A model generated the notes under the pieces. It searched no databases. It had not been told where the DNA came from and saw only the letters and a program-made list of their open reading frames with translations. The position numbers and the translations under genes are program-made. This document shows positions 12,880 through 25,477 of a stretch of 64,000 nucleotides of DNA, one piece after another (positions within the stretch are counted from its first letter, which is position 1; every line of letters begins with the position of its first letter). The stretch is from Antedon mediterranea (taxonomy: Eukaryota; Animalia; Echinodermata): NCBI RefSeq assembly GCF_964355755.1, contig NC_092675.1, positions 7,125,812-7,189,811 of the forward strand. Direction: 5' to 3'.

Positions 12880-15800
12880 CTTTAAATAAGATTGATATAA
12901 TTTGTAGGTTATTTTAATGATTGTTATGTGTATATATTTTTATTTATCAAAATCTTATCACCGGCAACGTACTCACTATTAAATGTTTTTTCGTGTTGTA
13001 TGCTCACAATACAGTATACATTTATTATTATTTTCAGTTAACATAAGGTATACATACAGTAACATTTTTAATTTACTTTTATAGTTGAATTGTAATATTT
13101 AAATAATAAATGATGATAAAATACCGTAATGAGGTTCGAATTCTTCTTCTACGTCATCATCAGTATCACCATCACCATCGTCATCATCATCATCATCATC
13201 ATTATCAAGACCAGCATATACAGCACATCGTACTGATGCTGCCTCGCCTTCTCGGCAGTTTGTTCTTCCCAGACCACTACTTGGACACGAAAAGATAGAA
13301 CTCTCGGTTCCTTTGCAACCCAAATCATCTAAAATGTATCTTCCAGATCCTGAACCAAAATGAGATCTTGTCAGAGCTTCTTGTGCTACTTCAAAGTTAA
13401 GTTGTCTGCAAGCAACTGTTGCATCCTATGAAATATGAATCAATGATCTATTTTTTAATTATCCTTTTTCATTTATTCAAATCATATTTAGTATTCTCTC
13501 TTTGACGAACGACAACTAAATTCTAACTCATAAAATAAGATTTAAAGTTGTTTTAAAACCACATTGTAATTAAGAAACATTTTCAGATTTGTGTTTACCT
13601 TCAAATCAAAATAATCGTCACACACAAGAAGCCAATCTCCGTTTGGATTCCTGGCCTCTAGACGTCCCTCATAGTAAGCATTACCGTCGACCAGACGAAT
13701 ATCTGATGTTTCGTACATACTTTCTGTTTGTTGAACAAACGATAATTAATATTTATTTTATTTTTCTCTCTTAGTTCTATATAATCTTATTATCTTCTCT
13801 CAATTGTTTAATACCCTAATTGTTTACCTTGAATTTCTTCTTTATTGAGGGTACACATGAATCCTTGTTTACCAATGTCTGGACATTGTGACGGAATAAA
13901 TTGGTAGCGCAAGATATCAACCAGAATGCCCTCTTGCGATGTTCCTTTTTCATTTAGTGGAGGACCGATTGCATACAGTTCTTCAGTGACTGCTTCAAGA
14001 CAGGAAATATACTCCTCAGTAATTATTGATTTTGAAGCGCATGCGCAGTCCATGCCTATATTTCTATCTAGCCAATTTCGCCAACATGTTCTGTAAAGAA
14101 AATACACTGATCTTTTGTTGAATTCAATTCTAGTCATTATTATTATTATTATCAGTGGTAAGCCAATGGAATGAACTCTATCTTGATTTATAACATTATT
14201 ATTCCTAAAACACAGTATGATATATAATGTTTAAGACTTGCCTGAACGGGGTAGCCCTTTTATTGAATAGGCCTATGCATTGACAATAAAACATTTTTTT
14301 TTCAATAAATGTTGTTTGTATTTTAATTTACCTACGGACTAGAGTGTTGTTTAAAAATTTAATTATACAATCAACCAATTATATCAATCTATACAATCAA
14401 TCTAATTAGTTTCGATCTTTTTCATTGTTTTATTTGGTATTCTAATATAATTATAACATCAGTCTTACAGTACAGTCAACTGGATAGATTGAAAACAGTC
14501 TAAAGCAAACTGACCTTTTTTCTTCGATAGAGGCTGACTGGGAGTGGCACTGTGCATATAATGAGTTGATAGAATACGCCACCATTGCAGTTGTTGAATC
14601 TTCTTCACAGCAACAACAAAGTCTGAAACATTCTGTGTTAACGCGAAGACATTCCATCATGCACGTTTGAGCTGTATCACAGTTATCAAATTCCTCTCGA
14701 CGATATCTATTGCTGTTCAACTTACAAACACCAGATTTCTTGGGCGAATCGAGATTTTCATCAACAATATCTCTGCTTACATAGAACGTTAAGATGTTGT
14801 AATCGTTCATTTCAGGACGCCAAACATCAATTTGCACATCAGGTAGAAATTTACCAATCGTTGTATACGCTACTGAGACCGGTGCTGTTGAAAATACACC
14901 TGTAGTAGGCCTAAAGTTATTGATGATTTCCTGTGAACAGTACTTACATGGAAATATCCACGTGTAAATAAGAACTTCTGGTATCCAAGTTGAGCTATAT
15001 GCGTCGGCAAACTCGTCAGTTAAAGTAGATAAAAAATGGCGCATTACGCCATGCTCGGAATGTTCCCAGTTTCCATTAGAATAGTCATAACCGCCAATAT
15101 CTCTCTGATCTTCACTTTTAAGATTGTATACGACATAATTTCCCATTCTGTTACTTTTTGGACTGGAAGTTGTTTCATCAGCCAGTGATATATGCTCGGT
15201 TCCATATATTGTATCAGTACGGTCACTAGATCTGTAATAATACATATAGTATTCAGGGTAACGAATCCAATGGTTGCGACTTAGGGGATCCATTAAAAGA
15301 AACACTGTAAATTGGGCGCGATTTGGTTTTCTTGATGTCTTAAAATTTTCATGAATTTTGGTATAGAAGTCGTAATAATAGTCTTGTGTAGCTGAAAATT
15401 TGAGGAAAAAAACATTCAAATATTTAGTCCCAACTACATGAATTTTTTTCAAAAAGAGGTCTGCTACATAATCAATTCAAATTAAAATAGCACTGTGTAC
15501 CATTTATTTCAGTAATGCTTAACATCATACTGTATGTAGGAATATAAGACAATAGTTATTGGATGTATTAGTGTATGAAAATGACTTGTTCGTGTAATTG
15601 ACATCTTCAAATATTTCGAAAGTCACCTTCAGTTATATGAGTGACAGTTAAAATTAAATTCAATAACATTTGGTAATTTGTCTTTCCTTCCATACAGTGT
15701 GACTCTGATGCTCATTTGCATTTCAGTGACATAATTATAAGATTTTTACGAGGTCCGGTTAAAAGCTTTAGGATCAGGCCTATATAACTTGCCTCACTGT

Positions 15801-16671
15801 TTGCAGTGTATTTACAACAAGGCATATGTTACAAAATACAAAATATTCAAATATAAAAAGCTTACTTTTAACCTAGAGCTAAAGCATGATAAACGAAAGT
15901 ATAAATGCAAATCTTTAATGTATACTTACTCAAAACTCCAGTTTGTATGTGCTGATATCTTGCAGGATTTTGCAGTCGGCCTTCCCTTTTCGTATCAGAT
16001 ACTGTCATTGTGTAAGCACTTTGAATTACATTTCTATGTACAGTAAAATATACACAAACTCTACTTGATCTCCAGTTCCATGACCAATTCTTTAAATAGT
16101 TTTGCATACGGCTCACTAAATTATCAGTAGAAGGAAAGTGGTGGGTATATACCATTATATCTGCGTCACCAGTAGCAAATTCGCTCTGCATAAGTTTTTG
16201 AAATTTTTGATCGAACAACGTGTCTACCATGTTATTTGTTAAGGTGTTCGTTTGTGATGTTCCGGTGTTTACTACAAAGTAATTACCAACACTTGCTTCT
16301 GACGGAGCTGAAGATTCTACCGATATCGGATCCGGATAATAGCATTCTTTTGTATAGGTTTCAAGGCAGTATTGCCGGCTTGTTATTGTTCTATCATTAG
16401 GGTCAGTGTAGTGGTATAAGTGATGAAACGGCAAATCAAGCCAACCTTCTCCCGCGCTTCCTTTATAATTATAACGATCATTTCTGTTAAGAAGCATAAT
16501 AACTGCAAATTGAGTTTTACCGCTCTTTGCTGCTCCACTAAAATGTGAGTATATTTTGTAAAAGAATTCACGGTAATCTTTTTCTTCATTTCGACTTATA
16601 AATTGAGCTGAATACGCCCTGTCCACAATTGTACAGATGATGAACACAGCAACTAATGATGAAAACTTCAT
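11523..16671 (-). CDS. Secreted tandem AID/APOBEC(SNAD)-like deaminase - Cys-rich - SRCR - fibrinogen-related domain protein, paralogue B (1040 aa)
   Basis: Nine phase-consistent GT-AG exons: 16671-15930, 15391-14515, 14090-13828, 13723-13599, 13425-13125, 12879-12629, 12372-12197, 12077-11928, 11760-11523 (3123 nt in total). Signal peptide [22 protein letters not shown]; HSE at 15054-15062; PCKYC at 14937-14951; [19 protein letters not shown]...[19 protein letters not shown]; FRe[44 protein letters not shown]. Confidence 0.92.
14515..15391 (-). CDS. Paralogue B exon encoding the catalytic Zn-dependent deaminase domain
   Basis: WEHSEHG...[12 protein letters not shown], followed by [16 protein letters not shown] and the start of the Cys-rich region. 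Confidence 0.9.
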
Positions 16672-16719
16672 TATTGAAATCAGTAAAGTAGTCAATGTAC
16701 CATAACAAAAGATATACGG

Positions 16720-17010
16720 TTTGTATAAGAGTCTAAGTAGAAACGTGTTGTAACTATTGAAGGAAAATAAGAACTGTTTACTTCTCAGTGATTCGTCTTT
16801 GATGTATTACTTCATGTAATTGAATTAAGCTGCAGGAAGTTTTGACCATTAATTGACGAATAACGTGCGCGGACAAGAACACAAAACGTGCAGAAACATA
16901 TGATGTATAGTATAAAAGCCTGTATTTATGTTGCCAAAAAGTTCATATCAATTTATTGGCACAGAAACTGAGTAAATAATAACAATTTTTGGAAAACATT
17001 ATGCATTTCA
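16720..17010 (-). promoter_or_regulatory. Proximal promoter of paralogue B
   Basis: Conserved with 6788-7030. Contains TGTTTAC (Fox-type), CAGGAAGT (ETS-type) and TGACCATTAATTGACG. Confidence 0.55.
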
Positions 17011-17229
17011 ATTTTAAATTAGTAAAGAATTTGTAAGGATTATTGGTTTTGACATGGACCTATCATAATCATATATTCCGTAGAGGACCAGAATTTTGTA
17101 TTTTAGTGCTCAATAATGGCATTAAGTTGTTTTTAATTTGCAGCGAAGATATGACTAGATATAACCTTCTAAGTCAGATGCTAGTTACCAGTTGTGATGT
17201 TTATCGCTGGTGCTATTATTATTTTAGTC

Positions 17230-17617
17230 CGTTGCCATGGCATGATAAAATATATAAACAATGTTATACTTCCCCCTCTTCATAAGCCAGCTCGGTCTCT
17301 CAGATTCAACAACTTTCTAGAAGTACCTCATTGTAAAACCAGCAGACTTAGGTCGTCTCCAGTTCCCACCATGGTGGATATAATTAATAGGCACCACTAG
17401 CTCTTTTTAGATATGTAATAAGTGAATGTTTTAAGGTTTTTTATTCATGTATGTTTTTAATTTTATGGTACGATATCTAATTTTAATAAGATGTTTCTAT
17501 TTTTATAGCAATTTTAACTAATTTTTAGTCATTTGTAATGCAATTCATTTCAGTCCTTGACTGTCGTTTTGTAATATATTTTTATATACCGAATAAATAA
17601 ATAAATAAATAAATAAA
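17230..17617 (+). mobile_element. 3' fragment of a non-LTR retrotransposon (L2/CR1-group)
   Basis: Translation LPPLHKPARSLR...EVPHCKTSRLRSS resembles the ORF2 C-terminus; ends in a (TAAA)n tail at 17591-17617. Confidence 0.45.
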
Positions 17618-18239
17618 TGTTTGTTTTCTATCACAGGTTCAATGAAAATGAGGTCCTTCCATTATAAATATTGGTGTATTATTATCCTAGTAAATTATGT
17701 GGTAAATTTTGTAATTCTTCATTATTAATACTAATACAGCTATATAATTACAGTACTTTATCCTTTATGAAAAGTTCAATCCGAATTCTGTGAATTGAGC
17801 TTATTTTTCAAATACCCTATCTGCCTGTAACCCTTGATTTAAGGCATGTCTTCCTGTTTCAAATTAAATTACTACAAACAAATCAGTAACTTCTGCGTTT
17901 GAAGGCTGTGATAGTTATTCCTACAGACGCAGATTAAGAGTGACATATCGTGAAGACACTTTTATAGAATAAGTATATTTTGTTAATATTGTCGGTTGTT
18001 TAGTCCTACCTACTTTATAAAAATCAAGTAGCATAAGCAGGTCATATAAGCATATTACATTACACATCGTCCAAATCATCCGCACTTCGCCGTCCTTGGT
18101 CTGACTTTTTTCTCTTACCACAATATGTATTAAATTCAGACAATTTACATAAGAAAGGAAATAGGTTACCCTTGAAGATAATGGTATATCCGAGTTTAGC
18201 CGCCGGCATTAATATTTTTTTTAAATTATACCTCTCAGG

Positions 18240-18610
18240 CGAGACTAAGGCAGAAATCATAAATAATTCATTAACATAATTATGACGTAATTTGGGACAT
18301 TAGAGTGTGCGCTATATACGCATGGAGAGATATTAATTAATGTGTTTAAACAGCGTTTGCCAACCGAAATGTTTGGTCTAGTGGGTACAGGGATTTTTTT
18401 TCAAGAAAATGCAATTTAAAGGCTGTAACCTATTAAACTGGAGCCCTTGGTTCAAGGTCTATCAAGAACATGTTTTTATAGTTGAGAGAGATTATCTAGA
18501 GAGTTAGGTTTAGTATATTTAGGAAGTATAGATCAGCTATCTTGCAATATTCTTTATAATAGAAAATAATTAAGCTAATGAATTATTCATGATTTCTGCC
18601 TTAGCCTCAT
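18240..18610. mobile_element. Inverted-repeat (MITE-like) element
   Basis: gactaaggcagaaatcataaataattcatt pairs with aatgaattattcatgatttctgccttagcc. Confidence 0.55.
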
Positions 18611-19920
18611 AGGAAAAAAACAATGCTAGCCGCCGAAGAGTGACTGTCAGGAATTATGTACGGAAAATCAAGCCAGCTGCAATTCGTCACTGTTTCTAAC
18701 GACTGGATCAAAAGTCCATCATTTCAAACAATAACCGACATACCAACCACAACATTTCAATGAATAACTGTACCTGGTTATGGATGCATGATCAATGTTA
18801 AGGTACAGTACAGTACTGTAAGTTACCTTGGCTTCTATTATTAATCATATATTGAAATTGAATTGAAACTATTTATTAAACACAATATTCCTTTAAATAT
18901 ATTTTTATCGGCGTAAAAAAAAAAGCGTCCGTAGTATAGCTGTATGATTAGGATCATTTTTAATAACAGGGATAATTCAAATCCTAACGTATTATTTAGT
19001 AGTCAAACACAGGTGCATTTGATTTCTCTCAATGACGTCATCTACTGTTTTTCAATCTCTATATAATCTGCCGGAACATTTACAAGAATTTGTGATGTAT
19101 TCAACATTCATATAAAGAGCGCAATTACATTATAATAAGAGACAAAAAACAAAGAGATCATAAATTTGCGATACTTTTATATCTTCAATGAACTAACACA
19201 TGTTCTCAGCTAACAACGCACAGAACACTCTATCTCATTAAAATGCTTATTTATCAATAATATATTATTATTAATTCACAATTAGTACATTTTTACATTT
19301 ATATTTTCACCATGGTGCTAATCATAATTTATCATCATTCTATATAATGTTAAATGTTTTTATTTATATGTGCTGAAACGTAATCAGTATCAATAATTTG
19401 AATCGAAAATTTACGTTTTCAAACTAAATTATAATGGCTCTCTAACATAGACATACAAATATATAGATACACGTTAGGCAAATATAACCCTAAGTAGGCC
19501 TACGTTATTCAATACCATGTTTCTCCTCTTGTACCAATGAACTTGCAGAAATATTTATTATCTAATTCTTAGAGTATACCTCATGTTCCAAAAGTTTCTT
19601 TTTGAACTAGAACATTCACTTCATAATAAAAATAATCTATAGTATTATTGTAATTAACACCAAATTACAACGTTTAAGATGGTTTACAAATTTAATGTTT
19701 AAAAACATAAAAACACAAATGAGGATGTCTTCAGATTTTTAAGATATAAAACTTTCAGTGACGACTCACTAGAGGCACAGTATATACATTTGTTTATAAT
19801 ATCCTTCGACATACCTTACCCATCCAAGTCAACATTTTGCCACCTAATTATCGAAAGTTTTCCATCTAACTCAAACTGATTTTGTATAAAATATGAAACG
19901 CTCTATTATTTTCAATGATT

Positions 19921-21921
19921 TTATTTCGAAGCCAATTCCGTACATACATGTTTTAAGTCGATTCCTACGTCACTAATACATTCAAATGCACATTTCTTTT
20001 GCTGCTGTTTGCATTTACCAGCACAGTAAAAATCTTGTGATAAGACGCATGCCTTGGAGCAGTCTACGAACTCTAGGTTACAGAATCCGCTGTAGCAATC
20101 TACAAAGCCAAACAAGTTACATAGTTACATCAGGGAGTTGTAAAATAAGCCAGGGAGTTGTAACTCCCTGGTTACCTAGACATACACACTTTGATTAGTG
20201 ATCATTAATGTACATACAACATAAACAGAACTGTTTTGAATAACAACAATTAAAACTAAACACTTAACAGAACGATTATGATGTAATTGTGATCATTTTC
20301 TTGATGGAATTGAGATAATGATATTAACCCGTAGGATAGTATGCATGTGTAGACAATTTTGTTGAAATTATTTGTGAAAATTACACATCAGATATGAAAT
20401 GTACTAAATAATTATTACAAAGATTAAATGAATGAATGAATAAATGATTGATTGCCAGTTTTTATCCCTTTATGATCAATCATGCTATTTAATAAATCGT
20501 AAATAAATAGCTAACAATTCTTACCAAAAATGTTCTCTACATCTTGTAGTTTAACAGCAAACATGTCATTTCCTTTGGAATTAAACAATAATAATATTTG
20601 TCTTACTTTATAAAAAATAAAGCTACTACATAATGGGAACTCTAAATCCATTCACATGGAATCATTGTAATGTCTTGTATCCAAATAATGAAATGCGCCG
20701 CAAACGACGTGAAGTGAGCCAAAGTTGTCGCTGAGGGCGTGATTGAAATGGTAATTATAATAAATATAATAAAAGTTGAAAATAAGCAGCTAGTTATTGT
20801 AATTTTGTTTTTATTTGTTTAGTCAATATATCTTTAAATACACATAATTGGTTTTTTTTTAAACCGAGATAATCAAGCTATACGTCTAATGGTTATTCGG
20901 TCGACTAGCCACTATTGTGTGTGTGCTATATTATTTTCTTTTTTTTTAAATTTCGCCACAATAAGGCAATATACTTATACGTATAATGATAAAATTTAAA
21001 AAAAATCTAAATTAATTATACGCTTTTTTTCAAATTTTTATTTCTATTTTCGTTTATTCTTTCAGATTTAATTCGTAGCTATATAATTATTGTAGAACTA
21101 TAACCTACCTGATGATGAACTTGCTTTCTTGTTAACCCAGAAAACTGTAAAAGTGTTACAAACTTATATTAAATTAATTACTTCTTTGTTTTATATAATT
21201 ATTTAGGTTTGGAATATACCGAGACATTTATTCAGACTGCATGTTAACAATAAATAAACACATCAATAGATACAACGCAGACGTGTATTACCGACAAAGT
21301 GGCTTTAAGGACTCATTATTTATTTATCAAACGTTTGTTTTCTGTATTTTCTTTATTTACGTATATCAAAAAAATTATTTATTTAATAAATATCATTTGC
21401 AATATTTGTATACAGTACTATGAAAAAAATGTTTGTGTGCTCCCTTAAATTGATAACTTGATCTATAATATTATTTTATTGTATTATATAAATAATGTAA
21501 ATCAAAATACATGCATACATTAACGAATGAATAATTGATTTAATCATGAATATATTATACCTCTTTTTAAAGGTGATTCGTCTGAATTTCCATACGGTAC
21601 GGATGTTACTGTAACAAAACCATTTTTATTTAGTTAAACATTAATAATTTTAATTAATAAAAGTAATTTTCCACCATTATTTTATATCTGCTAATGTGAT
21701 AATATTTTCAATTAACAAAATAAAATGGTACAATATTCAAAACGAGTAGGGGATCGCCTCCCGGTGCGCTGACTGGTCAGGCACTGCACTGCTGGTGTGT
21801 CCATAGAGGGCCTAAATCCAATATTGGATTTATAAAACAAAATTATAACACATGTACCTGTTTGAAATGCTATGGCAATAAGTATGCAGCATGATAAGAC
21901 ATTTCCTACATTAAAAGGCAT
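19921..21921 (-). CDS. Neuropeptide precursor, echinoderm NP18 (LFWVD)-like, 124 aa
   Basis: Exons 21921-21858, 21608-21561, 21144-21109, 20572-20525, 20099-19921, all phase 1, 375 nt in total. Translation: MPFNVGNVLSCCILIAIAFQTVTSVPYGNSDESPL-KR-VFWVN-KK-ASSSSGNDMFAVKLQDVENIFDCYSGFCNLEFVDCSKACVLSQDFYCAGKCKQQQKKCAFECISDVGIDLKHVCTELASK. This gives a signal peptide, a dibasic-flanked pentapeptide and a Cys-rich tail. The NP18 assignment is from recall, not a search. Confidence 0.8.
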
Positions 21922-24900
21922 CTGAAAAAAAAAAAAATAATAATAACAATAATAAATTGTAAAGTAAATTCAAATATCATTCATCTTCACTCTGCATCTA
22001 ACTTGACTCTTTCACTTTTCCGAAACTTTTTATCAGATCTTTAATGCACAGTGTTACCATAATAATTTATAATAATACGCAAATACGTCTCTTCTAAACG
22101 CAAGCTTTCAATAATAAACTTTATTTTCATTCATTCGTTCAATCTTTTACTTCGGATTATCTGGTCCATAGAAAGAGAAATAATTACATATAAATTAACA
22201 TGAATAATAAAACATCTACCTGGCAAAACACAGTAAAATTAAAATTTCTTACAATTGCGCAACGTAAGGACATGCACGCAATACACGTAAGTTGACCAAT
22301 CACAAACGACTTCAAACTGCTGCCTTTTATTGGTCAAATTACGTTGCGTCGCTTGTAACGTTTCTGTTTCGCTTCCTTGAGAACTAAGCGTTACAGTTAA
22401 TAACAGTCAAGACAATATTGTAGAAATACCTACTTGTTTTTATACAACGTAAGCCTTATACCGTTTCATCTAATGTTTATATTATTCAATAGATTGAATA
22501 TTTATTTACTTGCTCTTACAATAGAAATTCCGATTTTTAGTGAATATTGACCTAGAATCAATAAATACAGTCATACATTATTCTGCTAGAAACTTTGCAA
22601 ATGCATTTTTTAAAAGGGTATGCGCACAAAAGAAATTGTGCAATGTATATTTTCAATTACTGTTTGCACATTTTTTACTTTCTTAGAAATATTTTTATTT
22701 TATTTTATCGTAAACATTGGTCTATAGTAATTTGTAAATTATTCTGAAGCTCCAGTTTGTAAGCAATAACACAATTAAACTATCTACATATAAGTAATTA
22801 TTTTTAAAGTACCATATTTTTTTCGTGTCTACCATACAAGCGAAGACACATTTCTTGTATCAATGAAATTTAATACCATATATAGTCTTCATGTTTAAAG
22901 AAAGCCGTCATACAATTATACTAAATTAATTTCAACCTACAGCTATCAATTCATTAAGATAGACTAGTGTTAGGTGAATAGTACTGGGCGCTTACGTTTA
23001 GAATATTAGCACTAAGTAAAATAGCAATTATAGAACGAACAAAACGAGGTTGAAGTTTTCGATAGCTATTTCATATTATATGTAAATAAATTGTATTTGT
23101 TAGAAGCATATTGCTAAAACAATTGTTACTTGGAAAACTACTTTATTTATTAAGTCGATAAACTGCTATATATTTCACTTAGATCAAGGAGTTACATACG
23201 GTAATCCTTGCTTACCCTAGATATAAAACTGCGTATATTTTGGAATTATTGCGAATCCACATTATCTTCCTCTGTTTTTTCCTCAAATAGGTAGCCCTAT
23301 ATTTTAATTTTATATTTTAACTATTTTGTACTTAAGTTCAAACTATAATTATTATTGTCTCTTAAATTACTTAAAAATACTAACTAATGTTTTTTTTTTG
23401 TTAATGTGTACACTTTAAAACGAATCCCCATTTTCGTACATGGAGAATGATACTATCATTTCATTGTTTAGTTTTTGTCTATGTTATTAGCAAAATGGAT
23501 AATATAATAATTATTATGCTGCGTCTAAATTAAGATTATTGATGTAACATATAACATTAGTACAAAACTATACATAAATTACTGTAAGTCTTTGATTGAT
23601 ATTTAAAATGTTGATCTTTTTAACATCATTCAATATCAACCCTGCTTATGGGCCTTTAATATGCCAGACAAGACATAGCCTAGCTAACGATTAAACATGT
23701 TAATAATTAAATTATCTAGTTAATTAATATATTCAGAAACAGGTAGGCGAATAGCAAAATTAATGACTACTCGTTGATATAGTAATGGTAAAGTACATTG
23801 CTTGCATGTTTTAGTTTGTTCCTCAGCTGCTACACATCGAGATCTTGGAACCTTACAAAACGCATCATTTAATTGTGAAACCAAAGAAGAACGTTCCAGT
23901 TGACTATATTTCTTTAAATTACGGATTGGTTTTATCAGGTAAATATTTTTTCCGGTAAAATTTTTGGTCGAAGTAAATAACTAATTTGACGGTAAAACGG
24001 AATATTTATCAGTAAAGGGATTAACTTCTTTATTTCAGGGGGACAATATATCTTGAATAAAAAGAAATTTAATTACAGAATTATCAATTGTGGCTTCCAA
24101 GTGAGTATATTCTAATTAGAAATAATAAGTGGGTGATGGTTTTGTTTAACTGAATATTTACTTTCAAAGTTATTATATGATATAGTCTTGTTGACGAAAA
24201 TACAATTTAATTACACGACTAGTTTTGGCACCAACGAGGATACATATACGTACCACGCAATTACAAATCTAATTTACCCGTGTATTTGATACACGTACAA
24301 TACACGGATAGATTAATAAATAATTACATTATCGGGATAAATCTTGTTCTCTTTATTTGATTTAAACTTATGAAATTAGAATCTTTGATATCAAAAATGG
24401 TAGAAAATGTTCGTGGTCCTTTAAATTTTCATAAAGCTGAGTTTCTAATTAAATACTTTTAAAATATTTGAATACAATTTTAAAATGGTATTAGATTTTT
24501 AGAATGTAAATATATTTTTTGAAGTATGATAATCGATTTTATCTGTAGTAGAATTTTACAATTTGTAAAGAGTTTCGGTAAAAAAGTCCCAGTGTTTGAT
24601 GGTAATAGAGAAGATCATGGTTTCTTATTTAATACATGCAAGGAAGTCGTTGTAAATCAGATTTATTGATAGTATAGAATATGATTCAATCAATGTTTTA
24701 ATCTGAAAGAGAAAAGGAAGTCACAGTATATACACAATTTAATGTTGGTGTCAATCAATATTTTATTTTAAATCGTCGAAAGAAATTTGATAGAACAATT
24801 CAATAAAATGCGTTCATTTAATCTGAGCAAAGAAGTTTCAATCTATATTTGTCTCTATCTCTATTAATATTTGTTTTATTTGAAGGAAGGCAACCTAAAC

Positions 24901-25477
24901 ATATTTATTAAAATGTCGAATTTTAATATAGAGAAACAATTTTCTTATTTGAAAAGAAGGCAACATAAACACATTTATCCGAATATTGAATTGCGATTAA
25001 AAAAAAAGCCCTGCATGAGTTACCGTACGCCAGCCGATAGAGAGTGAGTATTTTAAAAAGTTTATTACTGTAATACTTCGGAAAGATACTATCAAGATAG
25101 AACAGTATTGTCTTTAAAGAATATATGAGTATGTATGACTATTATATTATTATATTGTAATGTGTTTTCTTTAAATTATGTATCTTTTGTCTATTATACT
25201 TAAATAATAAGAGTGAGATTACTCATCCGCTCTTCCTTGCTATTGCGCATTATTTTCAAATAAAAGAATGGATTTATTACTTATGAATCAACGTTTTATG
25301 CTGATCTACAAGCCGCATTATGATTATAATACAACTTTCCATTCCCATCGGAAACATTATTTTTAACGAAATATAAATTATCTCTGTTATCTACATTATG
25401 ATAACACATTGACTGATAAATCCAATAAAGTATAAATGAAAAATACAATCAAAAACAGAATATTAAAGAAGACTTAC

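Noticed and set aside
13110-13298. His-rich + strand ORF, and Ser-rich ORF 359-583
   Set aside because: Antisense shadows of the (GAT)n Asp-rich linker in the SRCR exons.
20105-20178. Hairpin ccagggagtt-ac-aactccctgg and an 8-bp duplication (atgtaact x2) that looked like a frameshift in the neuropeptide gene
   Set aside because: A better acceptor (tttgtag at 20100) places these in the intron and gives an intact frame.
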